Notes: generated from the sequence alone by a model not told the origin. Shown: positions 1 through 10,459, counted from the stretch's first letter. The stretch: DNA of 64,000 nt from Acidimicrobiia bacterium (GCA_009841075.1 VXMP01000080.1:15734-79733), one strand, 5' to 3'. Numbers and translations: made by a program.

Positions 1-748
1 CGCCTTCGGGACCGCCCACCGCGCCCATGCCTCTACGGTCGGCGTACCCGATCGGCTCCGGTCGGCGGCCGGACCGTTGATGGAACGGGAGATCGAGATG
101 TTTCGCCTCCTGCTGGAAGACCCTCCCCGGCCGTTTACGGTCCTGTTGGGGGGAGCAAAAATTTCCGACAAGCTCCCGCTTATCCGGTCGCTGCTCCCCA
201 AGGTGGATGCCATGCTGATCGGAGGTGGGATGTGTTTCAGCCTGCTGGCGACCGAAGGGTACGAAGTAGGTGACTCGATGGTGGAGCCGGACTGTTTTAA
301 CTCCCTACACGACCTCCTGAGGTCTACCGAAGCCGACCGGCTGGTACTGCCCTCCGATGTGGTGACCGCTCCCGAACTAGACGCAACCGCCCCGCCGTCC
401 GTAGTGAATATCTCCGCAATCCAAGAAGAAGCTTGGGGACTGGACATAGGTCCCGCCACCGCCAAACAGTTTGCGGCGGTGATCGGCGGCTCCCGGTCGG
501 TGTTCTGGAACGGCCCTATGGGGTTGTTCGAATGGGAGAACTATCAGGCCGGCACCCGGACTATTGCAGCGGCTCTGGCCGGGTCTCCGGCCCTATCCGT
601 GGTGGGTGGGGGAGACTCGGTAGCGGCCATACGGCTGTTCGGCCAGGAAAATGGGATCGATCATCTGTCAACCGGTGGAGGGGCCGGACTTAAAATGCTG
701 GAGGGACAGACCTTGCCCGCCATCGAAGCGCTGGAGCGTTGGGCCTGA
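1..748 (+). CDS. pgk: phosphoglycerate kinase, C-terminal part (5' end lies upstream of the window)
   Basis: The frame is open from the window edge to the TGA at 746-748. The translation contains LLGGAKISDKLPLI, FWNGPMGLFEWE and STGGGAGLKMLEG, typical of the PGK C-domain. tpiA follows directly. Confidence 0.9.
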   Translation, partial: AFGTAHRAHASTVGVPDRLRSAAGPLMEREIEMFRLLLEDPPRPFTVLLGGAKISDKLPLIRSLLPKVDAMLIGGGMCFSLLATEGYEVGDSMVEPDCFNSLHDLLRSTEADRLVLPSDVVTAPELDATAPPSVVNISAIQEEAWGLDIGPATAKQFAAVIGGSRSVFWNGPMGLFEWENYQAGTRTIAAALAGSPALSVVGGGDSVAAIRLFGQENGIDHLSTGGGAGLKMLEGQTLPAIEALERWA

Positions 749-750
749 TA

Positions 751-1515
751 ATGCGCAAGCCGTTTATGGTCGCCAACTGGAAAATGCATGGCACCCATTT
801 CGACACTATGCAGTGGATCCAGGCGCTTAGCTACCAGATGGAACCATCCGACTACGACCGGGTGGACGTAGGGGTGGCACCTCCTTTTACCTCCCTTCGC
901 ACCGCCCAGATAGTGATCGGTGCCGACGACCTTCCTATCCATCTGGTGGCCCAGAATCTCCATTGGGCGGACAAAGGGGCCTACACCGGTGAGGTTTCCG
1001 CAGCCATGTTGTCCAAGCTGTCGGTGTCCTATGTCATTGTGGGTCATTCCGAACGCCGCCAAATGTTCGGGGAGGACGACCGGACGGTCAACCGGAAGGT
1101 GCGGGCCGCGCTGGCGGCGGACCTGCTCCCGATCGTGGCGATAGGCGAACAGTTGGAAGAGCGCGATGCCGGTCAGGCCGAAGAAGTAATCAACCGCCAA
1201 CTTTCGGGAGCGCTCGCCCGCATCCCCGCAGAACAGGTGGGTCGGATAGTGATCGCCTATGAACCGGTTTGGGCGATTGGAACGGGCCGAACCGCCGAAC
1301 CCGCCGAAGCGCAGAAGATGATCCGGCACATCCGCAGTCGGATCCGGTCGCGCCATCCTGAGGCCGCCGAGGAGGTCCGCATCCTCTACGGAGGATCTAT
1401 GAACCCGGGGAATGTTGCCGCTCTGATGGCCAAACCCGACATAGACGGCGGCCTGATCGGAGGGGCCTCACTCGATCCCCACTCCTTGGCGGGCTGCGTC
1501 AAGTATTGGACCTGA
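751..1515 (+). CDS. tpiA: triosephosphate isomerase
   Basis: Contains ANWKMHGT, VIVGHSERR, IAYEPVWAIGTG and ILYGGS motifs. The ATG at 751 gives MRKPFMVANWKM; the ORF track starts at an upstream TTG at 739. Confidence 0.95.
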   Translation: MRKPFMVANWKMHGTHFDTMQWIQALSYQMEPSDYDRVDVGVAPPFTSLRTAQIVIGADDLPIHLVAQNLHWADKGAYTGEVSAAMLSKLSVSYVIVGHSERRQMFGEDDRTVNRKVRAALAADLLPIVAIGEQLEERDAGQAEEVINRQLSGALARIPAEQVGRIVIAYEPVWAIGTGRTAEPAEAQKMIRHIRSRIRSRHPEAAEEVRILYGGSMNPGNVAALMAKPDIDGGLIGGASLDPHSLAGCVKYWT

Positions 1516-1542
1516 TAGCTTGCCTGGAGGACCTGATTTTCT

Positions 1543-2292
1543 ATGACCAAACCCATCGTTCTGGTACTGGTTAGACACGGCGAAAGCACCTGGAATCTGG
1601 AGAATCGTTTCTCGGGTTGGACCGATGTACCGCTCACCGCTACCGGCCGAACCGAAGCGATCTCGGCCGGAAAGCTTATGGCCGAAGCGGGACTGGCCTT
1701 CGATGTGGTACACACCTCCTTGTTGAGAAGGGCCATCAGCACCGCCCACCTGTCGCTTGACCAAATGGATCTTCATTGGCTGCCGGTCAAACGGAGCTGG
1801 CGGCTAAACGAACGCCATTACGGTGCGCTTCAGGGACTGAACAAGAAGGAAACCGCCGCTCGGCACGGGCCGGAACAGGTTTTTCTCTGGAGACGCAGCT
1901 ACGACGTTCCACCACCTGATCTGGCCGAAGACGATCCTCGTCACCCTCGGTTCGACCCTCGGTATAGGGATGTGCCCGCGTCCGAACTACCCGCTTCCGA
2001 ATGCCTGGCCGATGTGGTCGCCCGCACCGTGCCCTACTGGAAATCGGGAATCGTTCCCGATCTGGCGGCCGGGAAAAGGATGGTGGTGGTGGCCCATGGC
2101 AACAGCCTTCGTGCCCTGCTCAAATATCTGAAAGCCATCGACGAAGAGGCGATCACCCGACTGAACATCCCCACCGGAATACCGCTGGTGGTGGAATTGG
2201 ATCAGGATTTCCGGCACTTAAGAGACCACTATCTGGGAGACCCCGAGGTTGCGGCGGCGGCAGCGGCGGCGGTAGCGGTCCAGGCCGGTTAA
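1543..2292 (+). CDS. gpmA: 2,3-bisphosphoglycerate-dependent phosphoglycerate mutase
   Basis: Contains [26 protein letters not shown] (RHGE catalytic-His motif) and [11 protein letters not shown]. It has the usual Ala-rich C-terminal tail. Confidence 0.95.
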   Translation: MTKPIVLVLVRHGESTWNLENRFSGWTDVPLTATGRTEAISAGKLMAEAGLAFDVVHTSLLRRAISTAHLSLDQMDLHWLPVKRSWRLNERHYGALQGLNKKETAARHGPEQVFLWRRSYDVPPPDLAEDDPRHPRFDPRYRDVPASELPASECLADVVARTVPYWKSGIVPDLAAGKRMVVVAHGNSLRALLKYLKAIDEEAITRLNIPTGIPLVVELDQDFRHLRDHYLGDPEVAAAAAAAVAVQAG

Positions 2293-2609
2293 CCCGCCTG
2301 AACCCACCCCGATCTATCCGTTTCTGTCCCGATCGGATAGCTTTCCGAAAGGCGATCCTGGGCTACTTCGAGATCGTATTGGCTCTGTAACCCCATCCAG
2401 AATCCGGGGGAATTGCCGAAAAAACGCCCCAAAAGCAGGGCTGTCTCGGCGGTGATAGCCCTTTTCCCCTTCACTATGGAGTGAATCCGGGTGGCATCAA
2501 CCCCCATTTCCTTGGCCAATCGGTACTGACTGACCTGCATGGGAACCAGGAACTCTTCATTGAGAATCTTTCCCGGGTGGATGGGGCTCAGTCTTCTTTC
2601 GGTGCTCAT
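2289..2609 (-). CDS. higA: HigA-family antitoxin (XRE-type HTH)
   Basis: [66 protein letters not shown] is the classic HigA/VapI pattern. No intact toxin gene lies upstream. Confidence 0.85.
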   Translation of the reverse strand: MSTERRLSPIHPGKILNEEFLVPMQVSQYRLAKEMGVDATRIHSIVKGKRAITAETALLLGRFFGNSPGFWMGLQSQYDLEVAQDRLSESYPIGTETDRSGWVQAG

Positions 2610-2624
2610 CTGGTCTTCGTTGCA

Positions 2625-2675
2625 ATGGTACTCAACTATCTCAACCCTAATGTTGCCGGTACTGTGGCGGTTCCG
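2625..2675 (-). pseudogene. remnant of the HigB toxin C-terminus (about 17 codons)
   Basis: The minus-strand translation just upstream of higA reads RNRHSTGNIRVEIVEYH. This matches the conserved HigB/killer-protein C-terminal ending (..V.I.DYH). A stop codon precedes it, and secG occupies the space where the rest of higB would lie. Confidence 0.4.
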
Positions 2676-2692
2676 CTAATCTGTTAAGTCTT

Positions 2693-2932
2693 GTGACCTT
2701 AGCCATCGCCATAATCACCGTCCTCCATCTGGTGGTCGCCATTGCCCTGGTGTTTCTGATCCTCCTGCACTCGGGTAAAGGGGGCTTGGGCGACATGTTC
2801 GGCGGCGGCATGCAGGCGGGAGGAATGGGCGGATCCACCCTGGCCGAACGCAATCTGGACCGCCTAACCGTCATCACCGCCATCCTCTTCGCGGCCAGCA
2901 CTATCAGCCTCACCATCCTGCTCGGCCAATAA
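2693..2932 (+). CDS. secG: preprotein translocase subunit SecG
   Basis: 79 aa with two TM segments and a Gly-rich loop ([16 protein letters not shown]). GTG start. Confidence 0.85.
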   Translation: MTLAIAIITVLHLVVAIALVFLILLHSGKGGLGDMFGGGMQAGGMGGSTLAERNLDRLTVITAILFAASTISLTILLGQ

Positions 2933-3020
2933 ACCTGGGGTTCCTCCGGCCCTAGCGATTAATTCGGTAGGTAGGCTTAAAGGCTATCAACATCCCGTTC
3001 GGCAATCGGAGGCCTTCAAG

Positions 3021-4106
3021 ATGCCACGCACAGTGCAAGGGATAGTGTCCCGTGAGGTTAAACAGCCGGTAACCCTGGAAGAAATAGTCATCCCCGACCC
3101 CGGTCCGGGCGAAGCGGTGGTCAGAATCCAGGCCTGCGGAGTCTGCCACACCGATCTTCATTACCGGGAGGGAGGTATCAACGACGAGTTCCCCTTCTTC
3201 CTCGGCCACGAAGCCGCCGGCATAGTCGACCAAGTCGGCCCCGGCGTTACCGAGGTTGAGATAGGAGATTTCGTAATCCTCAACTGGAGGGCGGTCTGCG
3301 GTCAATGTCGATCCTGTTTGCGTGGTCGGCCCAATATCTGCTTCAGCACCCACAACGCCCGGCAGAAAATGACCCTCACCGACGGCACCGAGTTGTCGGC
3401 GGCCCTTGGCATCGGCGCATTCGCAGAAGCGACCCTGGTGGCCGCCGGCCAATGCACCAAAGTTGATCCGGCCGCCTCTCCAGTCGCCGCCGGGTTGCTC
3501 GGATGTGGGGTTATGGCCGGGATAGGCTCGGCCATGAACACCGGCGGTGTCGGGCCGGGGGATAGCGTGGCGGTGTTCGGCTGCGGAGGAGTGGGCGACG
3601 GTGCCATCGCCGGTGCCAAACTGGCCGGTGCCACCACCATCATCGGAGTCGATATAGACGATCGCAAGCTGGAGTGGGCGAGCGAGTTCGGTGCCACCCA
3701 CACCATCAACTCGGCCGACCAGGACCCGGTTCACGCCATCAAAAAGATCACCGGCGGCAACGGCGTAGACGTGGCGATCGAGGCGATCGGCCTGCCGGAG
3801 GTCTACCAACAGGCTTTCAAGGCCCGCGATCTGGCCGGAACGGTGGTTCTGGTGGGGGTCCCGGCCCCCGATATGACCCTGGAGCTGCCCTTCATCGAGG
3901 TGTTCGGGCGAGGTGGTGCCCTGAAGTCGAGCTGGTACGGCGACTGTCTTCCCTCCAAGGACTTCCCGATGCTCGTCGACCTATACCTTCAGGGGCGGCT
4001 TGATCTGGATCGTTTCGTTTCGGAAACGATCGGGGTGGAGGATGTGGAGGATGCCTTCCACAAAATGGAACGGGGCGAAGTGCTACGTTCCGTCGTGGTC
4101 TTCTGA
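3021..4106 (+). CDS. zinc-dependent class III alcohol dehydrogenase, probably S-(hydroxymethyl)mycothiol (formaldehyde) dehydrogenase
   Basis: Contains [11 protein letters not shown], the zinc-ligand motif GHEAAGIV, the structural-zinc Cys cluster [15 protein letters not shown], and the Rossmann motif VFGCGGVG. It is paired with a downstream MBL hydrolase, as in actinobacterial mscR loci. Confidence 0.85.
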   Translation: MPRTVQGIVSREVKQPVTLEEIVIPDPGPGEAVVRIQACGVCHTDLHYREGGINDEFPFFLGHEAAGIVDQVGPGVTEVEIGDFVILNWRAVCGQCRSCLRGRPNICFSTHNARQKMTLTDGTELSAALGIGAFAEATLVAAGQCTKVDPAASPVAAGLLGCGVMAGIGSAMNTGGVGPGDSVAVFGCGGVGDGAIAGAKLAGATTIIGVDIDDRKLEWASEFGATHTINSADQDPVHAIKKITGGNGVDVAIEAIGLPEVYQQAFKARDLAGTVVLVGVPAPDMTLELPFIEVFGRGGALKSSWYGDCLPSKDFPMLVDLYLQGRLDLDRFVSETIGVEDVEDAFHKMERGEVLRSVVVF

Positions 4107-4123
4107 TTTACGTTTGGGTTTAA

Positions 4124-4753
4124 ATGCCTCTGGAGATGATCAGGACCGACGGCTTCTTCCGGCTGGACGGCGGGGAGTGGGCGGTGACCAACAACGTCTG
4201 GTTGGTGGGCGACGACCAAGAAGCCCTGGTGATCGATGCCGCCCACGACCATCTTCCGATTATGGACGCCATAGGTGGGCGAAAGGTAACCGCCATCCTG
4301 CTCACCCACGGACATAACGATCACATCAATTCGGCGGTTGCCCTGCGAGACCTGGTGGACGCCCCGATCCTGCTTCACCCGGACGATCGAATGCTCTGGG
4401 ATATGGTTTACGCCGATGCCGAGCCGGATCGCTATCTCCGATCAGGCACCACCATCGGGGCCGGAGGGCACCAACTGGGCGTATTGCATACCCCGGGCCA
4501 CTCGCCTGGTTCCTGCTGCTTCCGTGACCTGGAAAGCGGGACGGTTTTTTCGGGGGACACCCTGTTCAAAGGGGGGCCGGGGGCAACCGGGAGAAGCTTC
4601 AGCGATAAGCCCGCTCTCCTGAGAAGCATCCGCCGCCTGCTCTTGACCCTCCCGAACGAGACGGTAGTGCACACCGGCCACGGCGACAGCACCACTATCG
4701 GGGCCGAACGGGAGGTGATCGTCGAACAGATCGCCGAGCTGGGCATAAACTGA
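4124..4753 (+). CDS. MBL-fold metallo-hydrolase
   Basis: Contains the LTHGHNDH metal-binding motif and TPGHSPGS, in a glyoxalase II-like layout. Confidence 0.85.
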   Translation: MPLEMIRTDGFFRLDGGEWAVTNNVWLVGDDQEALVIDAAHDHLPIMDAIGGRKVTAILLTHGHNDHINSAVALRDLVDAPILLHPDDRMLWDMVYADAEPDRYLRSGTTIGAGGHQLGVLHTPGHSPGSCCFRDLESGTVFSGDTLFKGGPGATGRSFSDKPALLRSIRRLLLTLPNETVVHTGHGDSTTIGAEREVIVEQIAELGIN

Positions 4754-4793
4754 AAGAGAGCCTGGCCTCTCAGAAGGTATACTCGACTCCATA

Positions 4794-4877
4794 GTCGGAG
4801 TGGCGGAACTGGTAGACGCGCTAGGTTGAGGGCCTAGTGCCCGCAAGGGCGTGGAGGTTCGAGTCCTCTCTCCGACA
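4794..4877 (+). tRNA. tRNA-Leu (anticodon GAG)
   Basis: Hand-folded cloverleaf. The acceptor stem is GTCGGAG/CTCCGAC and the anticodon arm is CTAGG-TTGAGGG-CCTAG. It has a long variable arm, the T-arm GGAGG-TTCGAGT-CCTCT and discriminator A. No CCA is encoded. Confidence 0.9.
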
Positions 4878-4899
4878 CACCGCCCGCCACCCTCCCAGG

Positions 4900-5436
4900 A
4901 TGTATCCTCTATTTATGACCTCGGATGATCCCACCGTAAAGATCGAGACGCCGGTCATCCATCCGGAGGCCCTGGTCGCTCCCGGTGCCCATATCTACGG
5001 GAAGGTGGTGGTGGAGGCCCGGGCGATCATCATGTTCGGAGTGGTAATCCGTGCCGAGTTGGATCGTATAGAGGTGGGATACGGTTCAAACATCCAGGAC
5101 AACTCGGTTCTTCATTGCGACCCGGGTTTTCCGTGTCTGATCGGGCGGGAGGTCACCGTCGGCCACGCTGCCGTTCTTCACAGCACCAAGATCGGGGATC
5201 ACGGTCTGGTCGGGATCGGGGCCATGGCTCTGACCGGCTCGGAGCTGGGGGAGGGGGCCTGGCTGGCCTCCGGCGCGGTGCTTCCGGAGGGAAGGAGCAT
5301 CCCTCCCTGGACCCTGGCCATGGGGATACCGGCCAAACCGGTTCGGGAACTAACCGAAGACGAAATCGAAAGGCAACGGTCCGGGGTGACCACCTATCAA
5401 CAATTCCTGGACGCCTATAAGCCGTTGATAGGCTGA
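4900..5436 (+). CDS. gamma-carbonic-anhydrase-like / hexapeptide-repeat (LbH) family protein
   Basis: Contains IHPEALVAPGAHIYGKVVV, NIQDNSVLH and TVGHAAVLH left-handed beta-helix repeats. The track start at 4837 overlaps the tRNA, so the ATG at 4900 or 4915 is the likely true start. Confidence 0.8.
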   Translation: MYPLFMTSDDPTVKIETPVIHPEALVAPGAHIYGKVVVEARAIIMFGVVIRAELDRIEVGYGSNIQDNSVLHCDPGFPCLIGREVTVGHAAVLHSTKIGDHGLVGIGAMALTGSELGEGAWLASGAVLPEGRSIPPWTLAMGIPAKPVRELTEDEIERQRSGVTTYQQFLDAYKPLIG

Positions 5437-5503
5437 CCTTCAACCTTCCCCATGGTCGCTAAACTGGCCCGACCTACCCCCACAAGAGAACTTCCAAGAG
5501 GCG

Positions 5504-5824
5504 ATGAAACCCGGCGAAATTTCCCGTTTGGCATCCGAATTGTTCGAGATGTCGAAGCAATATCTGGCCCAGGAGACGGTCGATCCGATGCGAAGGGTGG
5601 CCGCTTTCGCCGGATACAGCCTGCTGGCCGGGGTGCTGTTCACGCTGGGATGGCTGCTACTGACCATCGCCGGATTACGGCTGGTGTTGGATTTGTTGCC
5701 CGACCATGCCCTGTGGAGCGGACTGGGCTATTTGGCCGCCGCCCTGGTAGCCGTTTTGATCTCCTTCGCGGCTATCGGCTTCGCCAATCGATCCAACCGG
5801 TCCGACCAGGATGAGTCGGCATGA
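5504..5824 (+). CDS. small membrane protein, actinobacterial holin-X/phage-holin-like family
   Basis: 106 aa with an amphipathic N-terminus and two TM helices. It is the first of three translationally coupled small genes. Confidence 0.5.
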   Translation: MKPGEISRLASELFEMSKQYLAQETVDPMRRVAAFAGYSLLAGVLFTLGWLLLTIAGLRLVLDLLPDHALWSGLGYLAAALVAVLISFAAIGFANRSNRSDQDESA

Positions 5825-6012
5825 TCACCCGAGATGACCTCGAGGCACAAGCCCGAAAGCTCGAAGAGGCTGTCCACCAATCCTTGGGATTGATCCGCTC
5901 TTCGATGGTCAAGGCCGCGGTAGGCATGGTGGGCAAAGGAGCAGTGAAGTTGGTGGCCAAGCGAAGACAGTCCCGCAAGAAGGCCGCCAAAGCCGAGGGG
6001 AGAACCGAATGA
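5821..6012 (+). CDS. hypothetical small basic protein
   Basis: 63 aa. Its ATG overlaps the upstream stop (ATGA) and it has a Lys/Arg-rich C-terminus. Confidence 0.45.
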   Translation: MITRDDLEAQARKLEEAVHQSLGLIRSSMVKAAVGMVGKGAVKLVAKRRQSRKKAAKAEGRTE

Positions 6013-6107
6013 GAAGGACACAGACCTGGGTGAAGGTGGTGGTCTGGATTACCGTGATCGGCATGGTGGTGACCTTGGTGGCTAGCCTGATAACGATCGG
6101 GGTTTAG
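6009..6107 (+). CDS. hypothetical 32-aa single-TM peptide
   Basis: Hand-translated as MRRTQTWVKVVVWITVIGMVVTLVASLITIGV. It has an ATGA overlap with the preceding stop and is below the ORF-track length cutoff. Confidence 0.35.
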   Translation: MRRTQTWVKVVVWITVIGMVVTLVASLITIGV

Positions 6108-6109
6108 GG

Positions 6110-6904
6110 GTGGAAGCGGAGGGGAAACCCTTCGGGGAGGGCGAATCGGCCCTTCTTCTGGACGACAAAGGGCGCCGGTACCTTATCCATCTACGTGCCG
6201 ACGGGTCGTTCCAGTACCACCGGGGGACGCTGGGTCATAGCGAGATAATCGGACGGCCGGAGGGAACCCGTTTCGCCTCCTCCAAAGGTGCCCCCCTGAT
6301 CGGCATCCGTCCTCGGCTGGCCGATTATGTCCTCAAGATGAGGCGGGGTCCACAGGTGATGTATCCGAAGGATTTGGGGCCCGTCCTGATGTACGCCGAC
6401 ATTCATCCCGGACTGACCGTCATCGAAGCCGGAACCGGCTCCGGGGCGGCTACGTTGGCGCTGACCAGGGCGGTGGGTTCTACCGGTCGGGTGATCTCCT
6501 GCGAGGTTCGTGAAGACCACGCCGCCATAGGACGGGCCACCATCAGGCGCTTTTTCGGATCGATCCCGGACTGGCTCGACCTGAGGGTGGGAGACGTCCG
6601 GGAGGTGGTGTCCGAGGTAACACATGACCGTCTGATCCTGGATATGCCCGAACCGTGGCAGGTGATCCCCGAAGCCGTCAACACCCTCCGGCCCGGCGGT
6701 ATGGTGGCCGGATACGTCCCCAGTGTTCCGCAGGTCGCCCAGATCCATAGCTACCTGAAATCCGAGTCCCGTTTCGTGGACATCGAAACCTTCGAGGTGC
6801 TGATCCGCACCTGGCATATAGAAGGCCGTTCGATACGCCCCGACCACGGCATGGTAGGACACACCGGGTTCGTAACCACCGCCCGATGTATCAGCCCGGC
6901 CTGA
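6110..6904 (+). CDS. trmI: tRNA (adenine(58)-N(1))-methyltransferase
   Basis: Contains the SAM-binding motif VIEAGTGSGAATLAL and DMPEPW. It sits upstream of the proteasome ATPase gene, as in mycobacteria. Confidence 0.85.
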   Translation: MEAEGKPFGEGESALLLDDKGRRYLIHLRADGSFQYHRGTLGHSEIIGRPEGTRFASSKGAPLIGIRPRLADYVLKMRRGPQVMYPKDLGPVLMYADIHPGLTVIEAGTGSGAATLALTRAVGSTGRVISCEVREDHAAIGRATIRRFFGSIPDWLDLRVGDVREVVSEVTHDRLILDMPEPWQVIPEAVNTLRPGGMVAGYVPSVPQVAQIHSYLKSESRFVDIETFEVLIRTWHIEGRSIRPDHGMVGHTGFVTTARCISPA

Positions 6905-6972
6905 ATCGTGGTTAACAGAAACCGTTCTATAGGTCGTATACTTCTCGAATTATCCGGTCCCCTGGTGGGTAG

Positions 6973-8712
6973 ATGAACAGTCAACAATCGCCATACGAAT
7001 CCGAGCAACGAATCCAGGCGCTGCGCGGCACAGTCCGCGCCCTGGAAGAGGAGATAACCGTCCTCCGGCGCCGCCTCCAAGACGCGCCCCGTCGGGTACG
7101 TATGTTGGAAAGCCGCCTCAGTGACGTTAGAACCCAGCTGGGAGCGGCCCGACAGCGCAACGAAAAGCTGTCTGTGGTGCTGGAAGAAGCCCGAGACCAG
7201 CTGGCCATGCTCCGGGAAGAGGTGGATAAGCTCACTACTGCCCCCAACCCCTTCGCCACCGTACTGGGCATCAACACGGACAGCACCGTGGATGTGATCA
7301 GCGGCGGACGCCAGATGAGGGTCAACGCCCAACCTTCCATAGAGATAAAAGAGCTACAGCGAGGCCAGCAGGTGCTGGTCAACGACTCGATGAACATCGT
7401 GGAGGTAAGGGACTTCGATCGCAAAGGCCAGGTGGTTGCGGTCAAGGAGATCTTGGCCGATGACCGTCTGCTGGTACTGGCCCACGCCGACGAGGAGCGG
7501 GTGGTGGAGCCGGCCGGGCCGCTTCAGGGCGTCCACCTTCGGATCGGAGACCATGTCCGCATCGATCCTCGCAACGGGCTGGCCTACGAGAAGCTGATTC
7601 GCCCCGAGGTTGAGGAGCTGGTGCTGGAGGAGGTACCCGATGTCACCTACGAGCAGGTGGGGGGCCTCAAAGAGCAGATCGAGGCGATCAAGGACGCGGT
7701 GGAACTTCCCTACGTCCATCGGGAATTGTTTGAGGAATACCGTCTGGTAGCACCTAAAGGTGTTTTACTCTACGGGCCGCCCGGATGTGGGAAAACCCTC
7801 ATCGCCAAGGCGGTGGCCAACAGCTTGGCCGTAGCGGTGGCCGAACGAACCGGATACGAAGACGCCCGGTCGTATTTTCTCAACATCAAAGGCCCGGAGC
7901 TGCTCAACAAGTACGTCGGCGAAAGCGAACGACAGATCCGGCTGATCTTCCAGCGGGCCCGGGAAAAATCGGATGAAGGGGTGCCGGTCATCATCTTCTT
8001 CGACGAGATGGACTCCCTGTTCAGAACCCGTGGTACCGGCATCTCTTCCGATGTGGAATCCACCATTGTTCCGCAGTTACTGTCCGAGCTGGACGGGGTG
8101 GAGATGATCCGCAACGTGATCGTTATCGGGGCCTCCAACCGGGAGGATCTGATCGACCCGGCCATTCTCCGCCCGGGGAGGCTGGACGTAAAGATCAAGA
8201 TAGCCCGCCCCAACCAGGCGGCGGCCAAGCAGATATTCAAGATCTATCTGGATGTCGGCCTGCCCTTCGACCAGGACGACCTGGAGCAGGCGGGACACGA
8301 TACGGAGCTGCTGATAGACCGGATCGTCGATCAGGTGGTGGAAAGAATGTACGCCGAAAGCGACGAGAACCGGTTCCTGGAAGTCACCTACCAAAACGGT
8401 GATCGCGAAGTCTTGTACTTCCGGGATTTCTCCTCGGGTGCCATGATCGAAAACATCGTCCGCCGCGCCAAGAAAGCCGCCATCAAGCGGCGGATAGACG
8501 GCCAACCCGGCGGGATCGGGGTTAACGACCTGCTGGTCGGTATCAAACAGGAATTTCGTGAGCATGAGGACCTTCCCAATACCACCAACCCGGATGACTG
8601 GGCGAAGATATCCGGCAAGAAGGGGGAGAGGATCGTCTACGTCCGCACGCTCATTGAGGACGACACCGAGTCGAGGACCATCGAGGCGGTCGGCGGCGGT
8701 CAGTACCTGTAG
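6973..8712 (+). CDS. mpa: proteasome-associated AAA ATPase (Mpa/ARC)
   Basis: Has an N-terminal coiled coil, Walker A GPPGCGKT, Walker B IIFFDEMD, and the C-terminal proteasome-docking tail GGGQYL. Confidence 0.95.
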   Translation: MNSQQSPYESEQRIQALRGTVRALEEEITVLRRRLQDAPRRVRMLESRLSDVRTQLGAARQRNEKLSVVLEEARDQLAMLREEVDKLTTAPNPFATVLGINTDSTVDVISGGRQMRVNAQPSIEIKELQRGQQVLVNDSMNIVEVRDFDRKGQVVAVKEILADDRLLVLAHADEERVVEPAGPLQGVHLRIGDHVRIDPRNGLAYEKLIRPEVEELVLEEVPDVTYEQVGGLKEQIEAIKDAVELPYVHRELFEEYRLVAPKGVLLYGPPGCGKTLIAKAVANSLAVAVAERTGYEDARSYFLNIKGPELLNKYVGESERQIRLIFQRAREKSDEGVPVIIFFDEMDSLFRTRGTGISSDVESTIVPQLLSELDGVEMIRNVIVIGASNREDLIDPAILRPGRLDVKIKIARPNQAAAKQIFKIYLDVGLPFDQDDLEQAGHDTELLIDRIVDQVVERMYAESDENRFLEVTYQNGDREVLYFRDFSSGAMIENIVRRAKKAAIKRRIDGQPGGIGVNDLLVGIKQEFREHEDLPNTTNPDDWAKISGKKGERIVYVRTLIEDDTESRTIEAVGGGQYL

Positions 8713-8715
8713 GTT

Positions 8716-10191
8716 ATGGCAGTCCCCAGAGTCATCGGGACGGAGACCGAATACGGGATAACCATCCGCAACCAACCGGACTTCCATCCCACCTTCGCCT
8801 CCGCTCTGGTCATCAACTCTTATCAGGGGGGACGGGTGCGGGTACGCTGGTCATTCGACGAGGAATCCCCCGAACGTGACGCCCGGGGAATCTCTGCGGA
8901 TGATACGGGCCCGGCCGAGTTGGACAGCGGGTTGATCAACGTGGTGCTCTCCAACGGGGCCCGCCTGTATGTTGACCACGCCCACCCCGAATATTCCAGT
9001 CCCGAATGCGCCGACCCTCGGCAGGCGGCCCTGTACGACAAGGCGGGGGAAAAGATAGTGGCCCAGGCGGTGGAAAACGCCTACCAGGTGCTCAAACCAG
9101 GCGAGTATCTGTATGTACATAAGAACAACAGCGACGGCAAGGGCAACTCCTACGGCTACCACGAGAACTATCTGATCGATCGGGAACTACCCTTCTCCGA
9201 CCTGATCCGATACGCCACCACCTGGCTGGTCACCCGCCAGATCTTTACCGGCTCGGGGAAGATCGGTTCGGAGAACGAACGCCCCCCGGTTCAATACCAG
9301 ATCAGTCAGCGGGCCGACTTTTTCGAAGAGGAGGTGGGGCTCGAAACCACCCTGAAGAGGCCGATCATCAACACCCGCGACGAGCCTCACAGCGACGTAA
9401 GCCGGTATCGCCGCTTCCATGTGATCATCGGGGACGCCAACATGTCCGAGATCCAAACCTTCGTCAAGTTGGGCACCACCGCTTTGCTGTTGGCGGCTAT
9501 AGAAGACCGTGCTCTCCCCGACGACCTGGCCCTGGCCGACCCGGTTTCCGCTACCTGGCAGCTGAGCCACGACATCTCCCTAGAGCTTCCCTTGGCCCTG
9601 GCCGACGGGTCCGCCGCTACCGCCCTGGAGTTGCAAATCCGCTACTTCGAATGGCTCTCCGAGTATGCCGAGTCGACTTTTCCCGACCCGGTTTGGTCGG
9701 ATGTCATCAGCGAATGGGGTGCCATCCTTCACGACCTGGAGCAGGACGTGATGCTCACCGCAGACCGGATCGATTGGACCGCCAAACTGCGAATGCTGAG
9801 CGCCTTCCGAAGACGGGACGATCTGGAATGGCACGATCCCAAGCTGGCCTTGGCGGCCCTCCAATACCACGACACCGATCCTCGCAAGGGCTTGGCCTAC
9901 CGTCTGGAGGAACGAGGGAACCTCCGAAGAATGTTCGATGATCAGGAACTACAGCTGGCCACCACCGAACCGCCCCCCGACACCAGGGCCTATTTCCGGG
10001 GTCGATGCGTCAAGAAATACCCTGATTCCCTGGTGGCGGCCAACTGGGATTCACTGGTGTTCGATGTGGGGGCCGAAACCCTCAAACGCGTGCCTATGAT
10101 GGAACCGCTGCGAGGCAATCATTCCTTGGTTGGTGACCTGATCGATTCCTCCTTGGACGCCGCCCGGCTGTTGGAAGCATTGGAAAGCTAA
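8716..10191 (+). CDS. dop: Pup deamidase/depupylase
   Basis: Contains GTETEYG and is a paralogue of PafA. It lies immediately upstream of pup. Confidence 0.9.
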   Translation: MAVPRVIGTETEYGITIRNQPDFHPTFASALVINSYQGGRVRVRWSFDEESPERDARGISADDTGPAELDSGLINVVLSNGARLYVDHAHPEYSSPECADPRQAALYDKAGEKIVAQAVENAYQVLKPGEYLYVHKNNSDGKGNSYGYHENYLIDRELPFSDLIRYATTWLVTRQIFTGSGKIGSENERPPVQYQISQRADFFEEEVGLETTLKRPIINTRDEPHSDVSRYRRFHVIIGDANMSEIQTFVKLGTTALLLAAIEDRALPDDLALADPVSATWQLSHDISLELPLALADGSAATALELQIRYFEWLSEYAESTFPDPVWSDVISEWGAILHDLEQDVMLTADRIDWTAKLRMLSAFRRRDDLEWHDPKLALAALQYHDTDPRKGLAYRLEERGNLRRMFDDQELQLATTEPPPDTRAYFRGRCVKKYPDSLVAANWDSLVFDVGAETLKRVPMMEPLRGNHSLVGDLIDSSLDAARLLEALES

Positions 10192-10267
10192 AGGCTGCGA
10201 TTCGATGCCGGGCAGAATTGTTAACTTAAGAGCCTAAGTCTCTACGAACGGATCCCCCGAGAGGAGC

Positions 10268-10459
10268 GTGATGGCACAGGAAAAAGACCAAATCCCACGC
10301 CGACCCGACCTGAAATCGGAACGGGTTTCGTCTTCTCCTAACATCCCCGAAAAGGCGGATGTACATAAAATCGACGACCTCTTGGACGAGATCGATTCGG
10401 TGTTGGAGGAAAACGCCGAGGAGTTCGTCAAAAACTACGTCCAGAAAGGTGGCCAGTGA
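10268..10459 (+). CDS. pup: prokaryotic ubiquitin-like protein Pup
   Basis: 63 aa and acidic, ending in YVQKGGQ. A C-terminal Gln requires Dop deamidation. An alternative ATG lies at 10271. Confidence 0.95.
   Translation: MMAQEKDQIPRRPDLKSERVSSSPNIPEKADVHKIDDLLDEIDSVLEENAEEFVKNYVQKGGQ

Noticed and set aside
2221-2292. GCG/GCA-rich run at the end of gpmA
   Set aside because: It encodes the Ala-rich flexible C-terminal tail that is normal for dPGM-type mutases.
2952-3809. 285-aa minus-strand ORF
   Set aside because: It is antisense to the alcohol dehydrogenase gene, which has clear zinc-ADH motifs on the plus strand. The product is Gly/Arg/Ala/Pro-rich, as expected for a shadow ORF in high-GC DNA.
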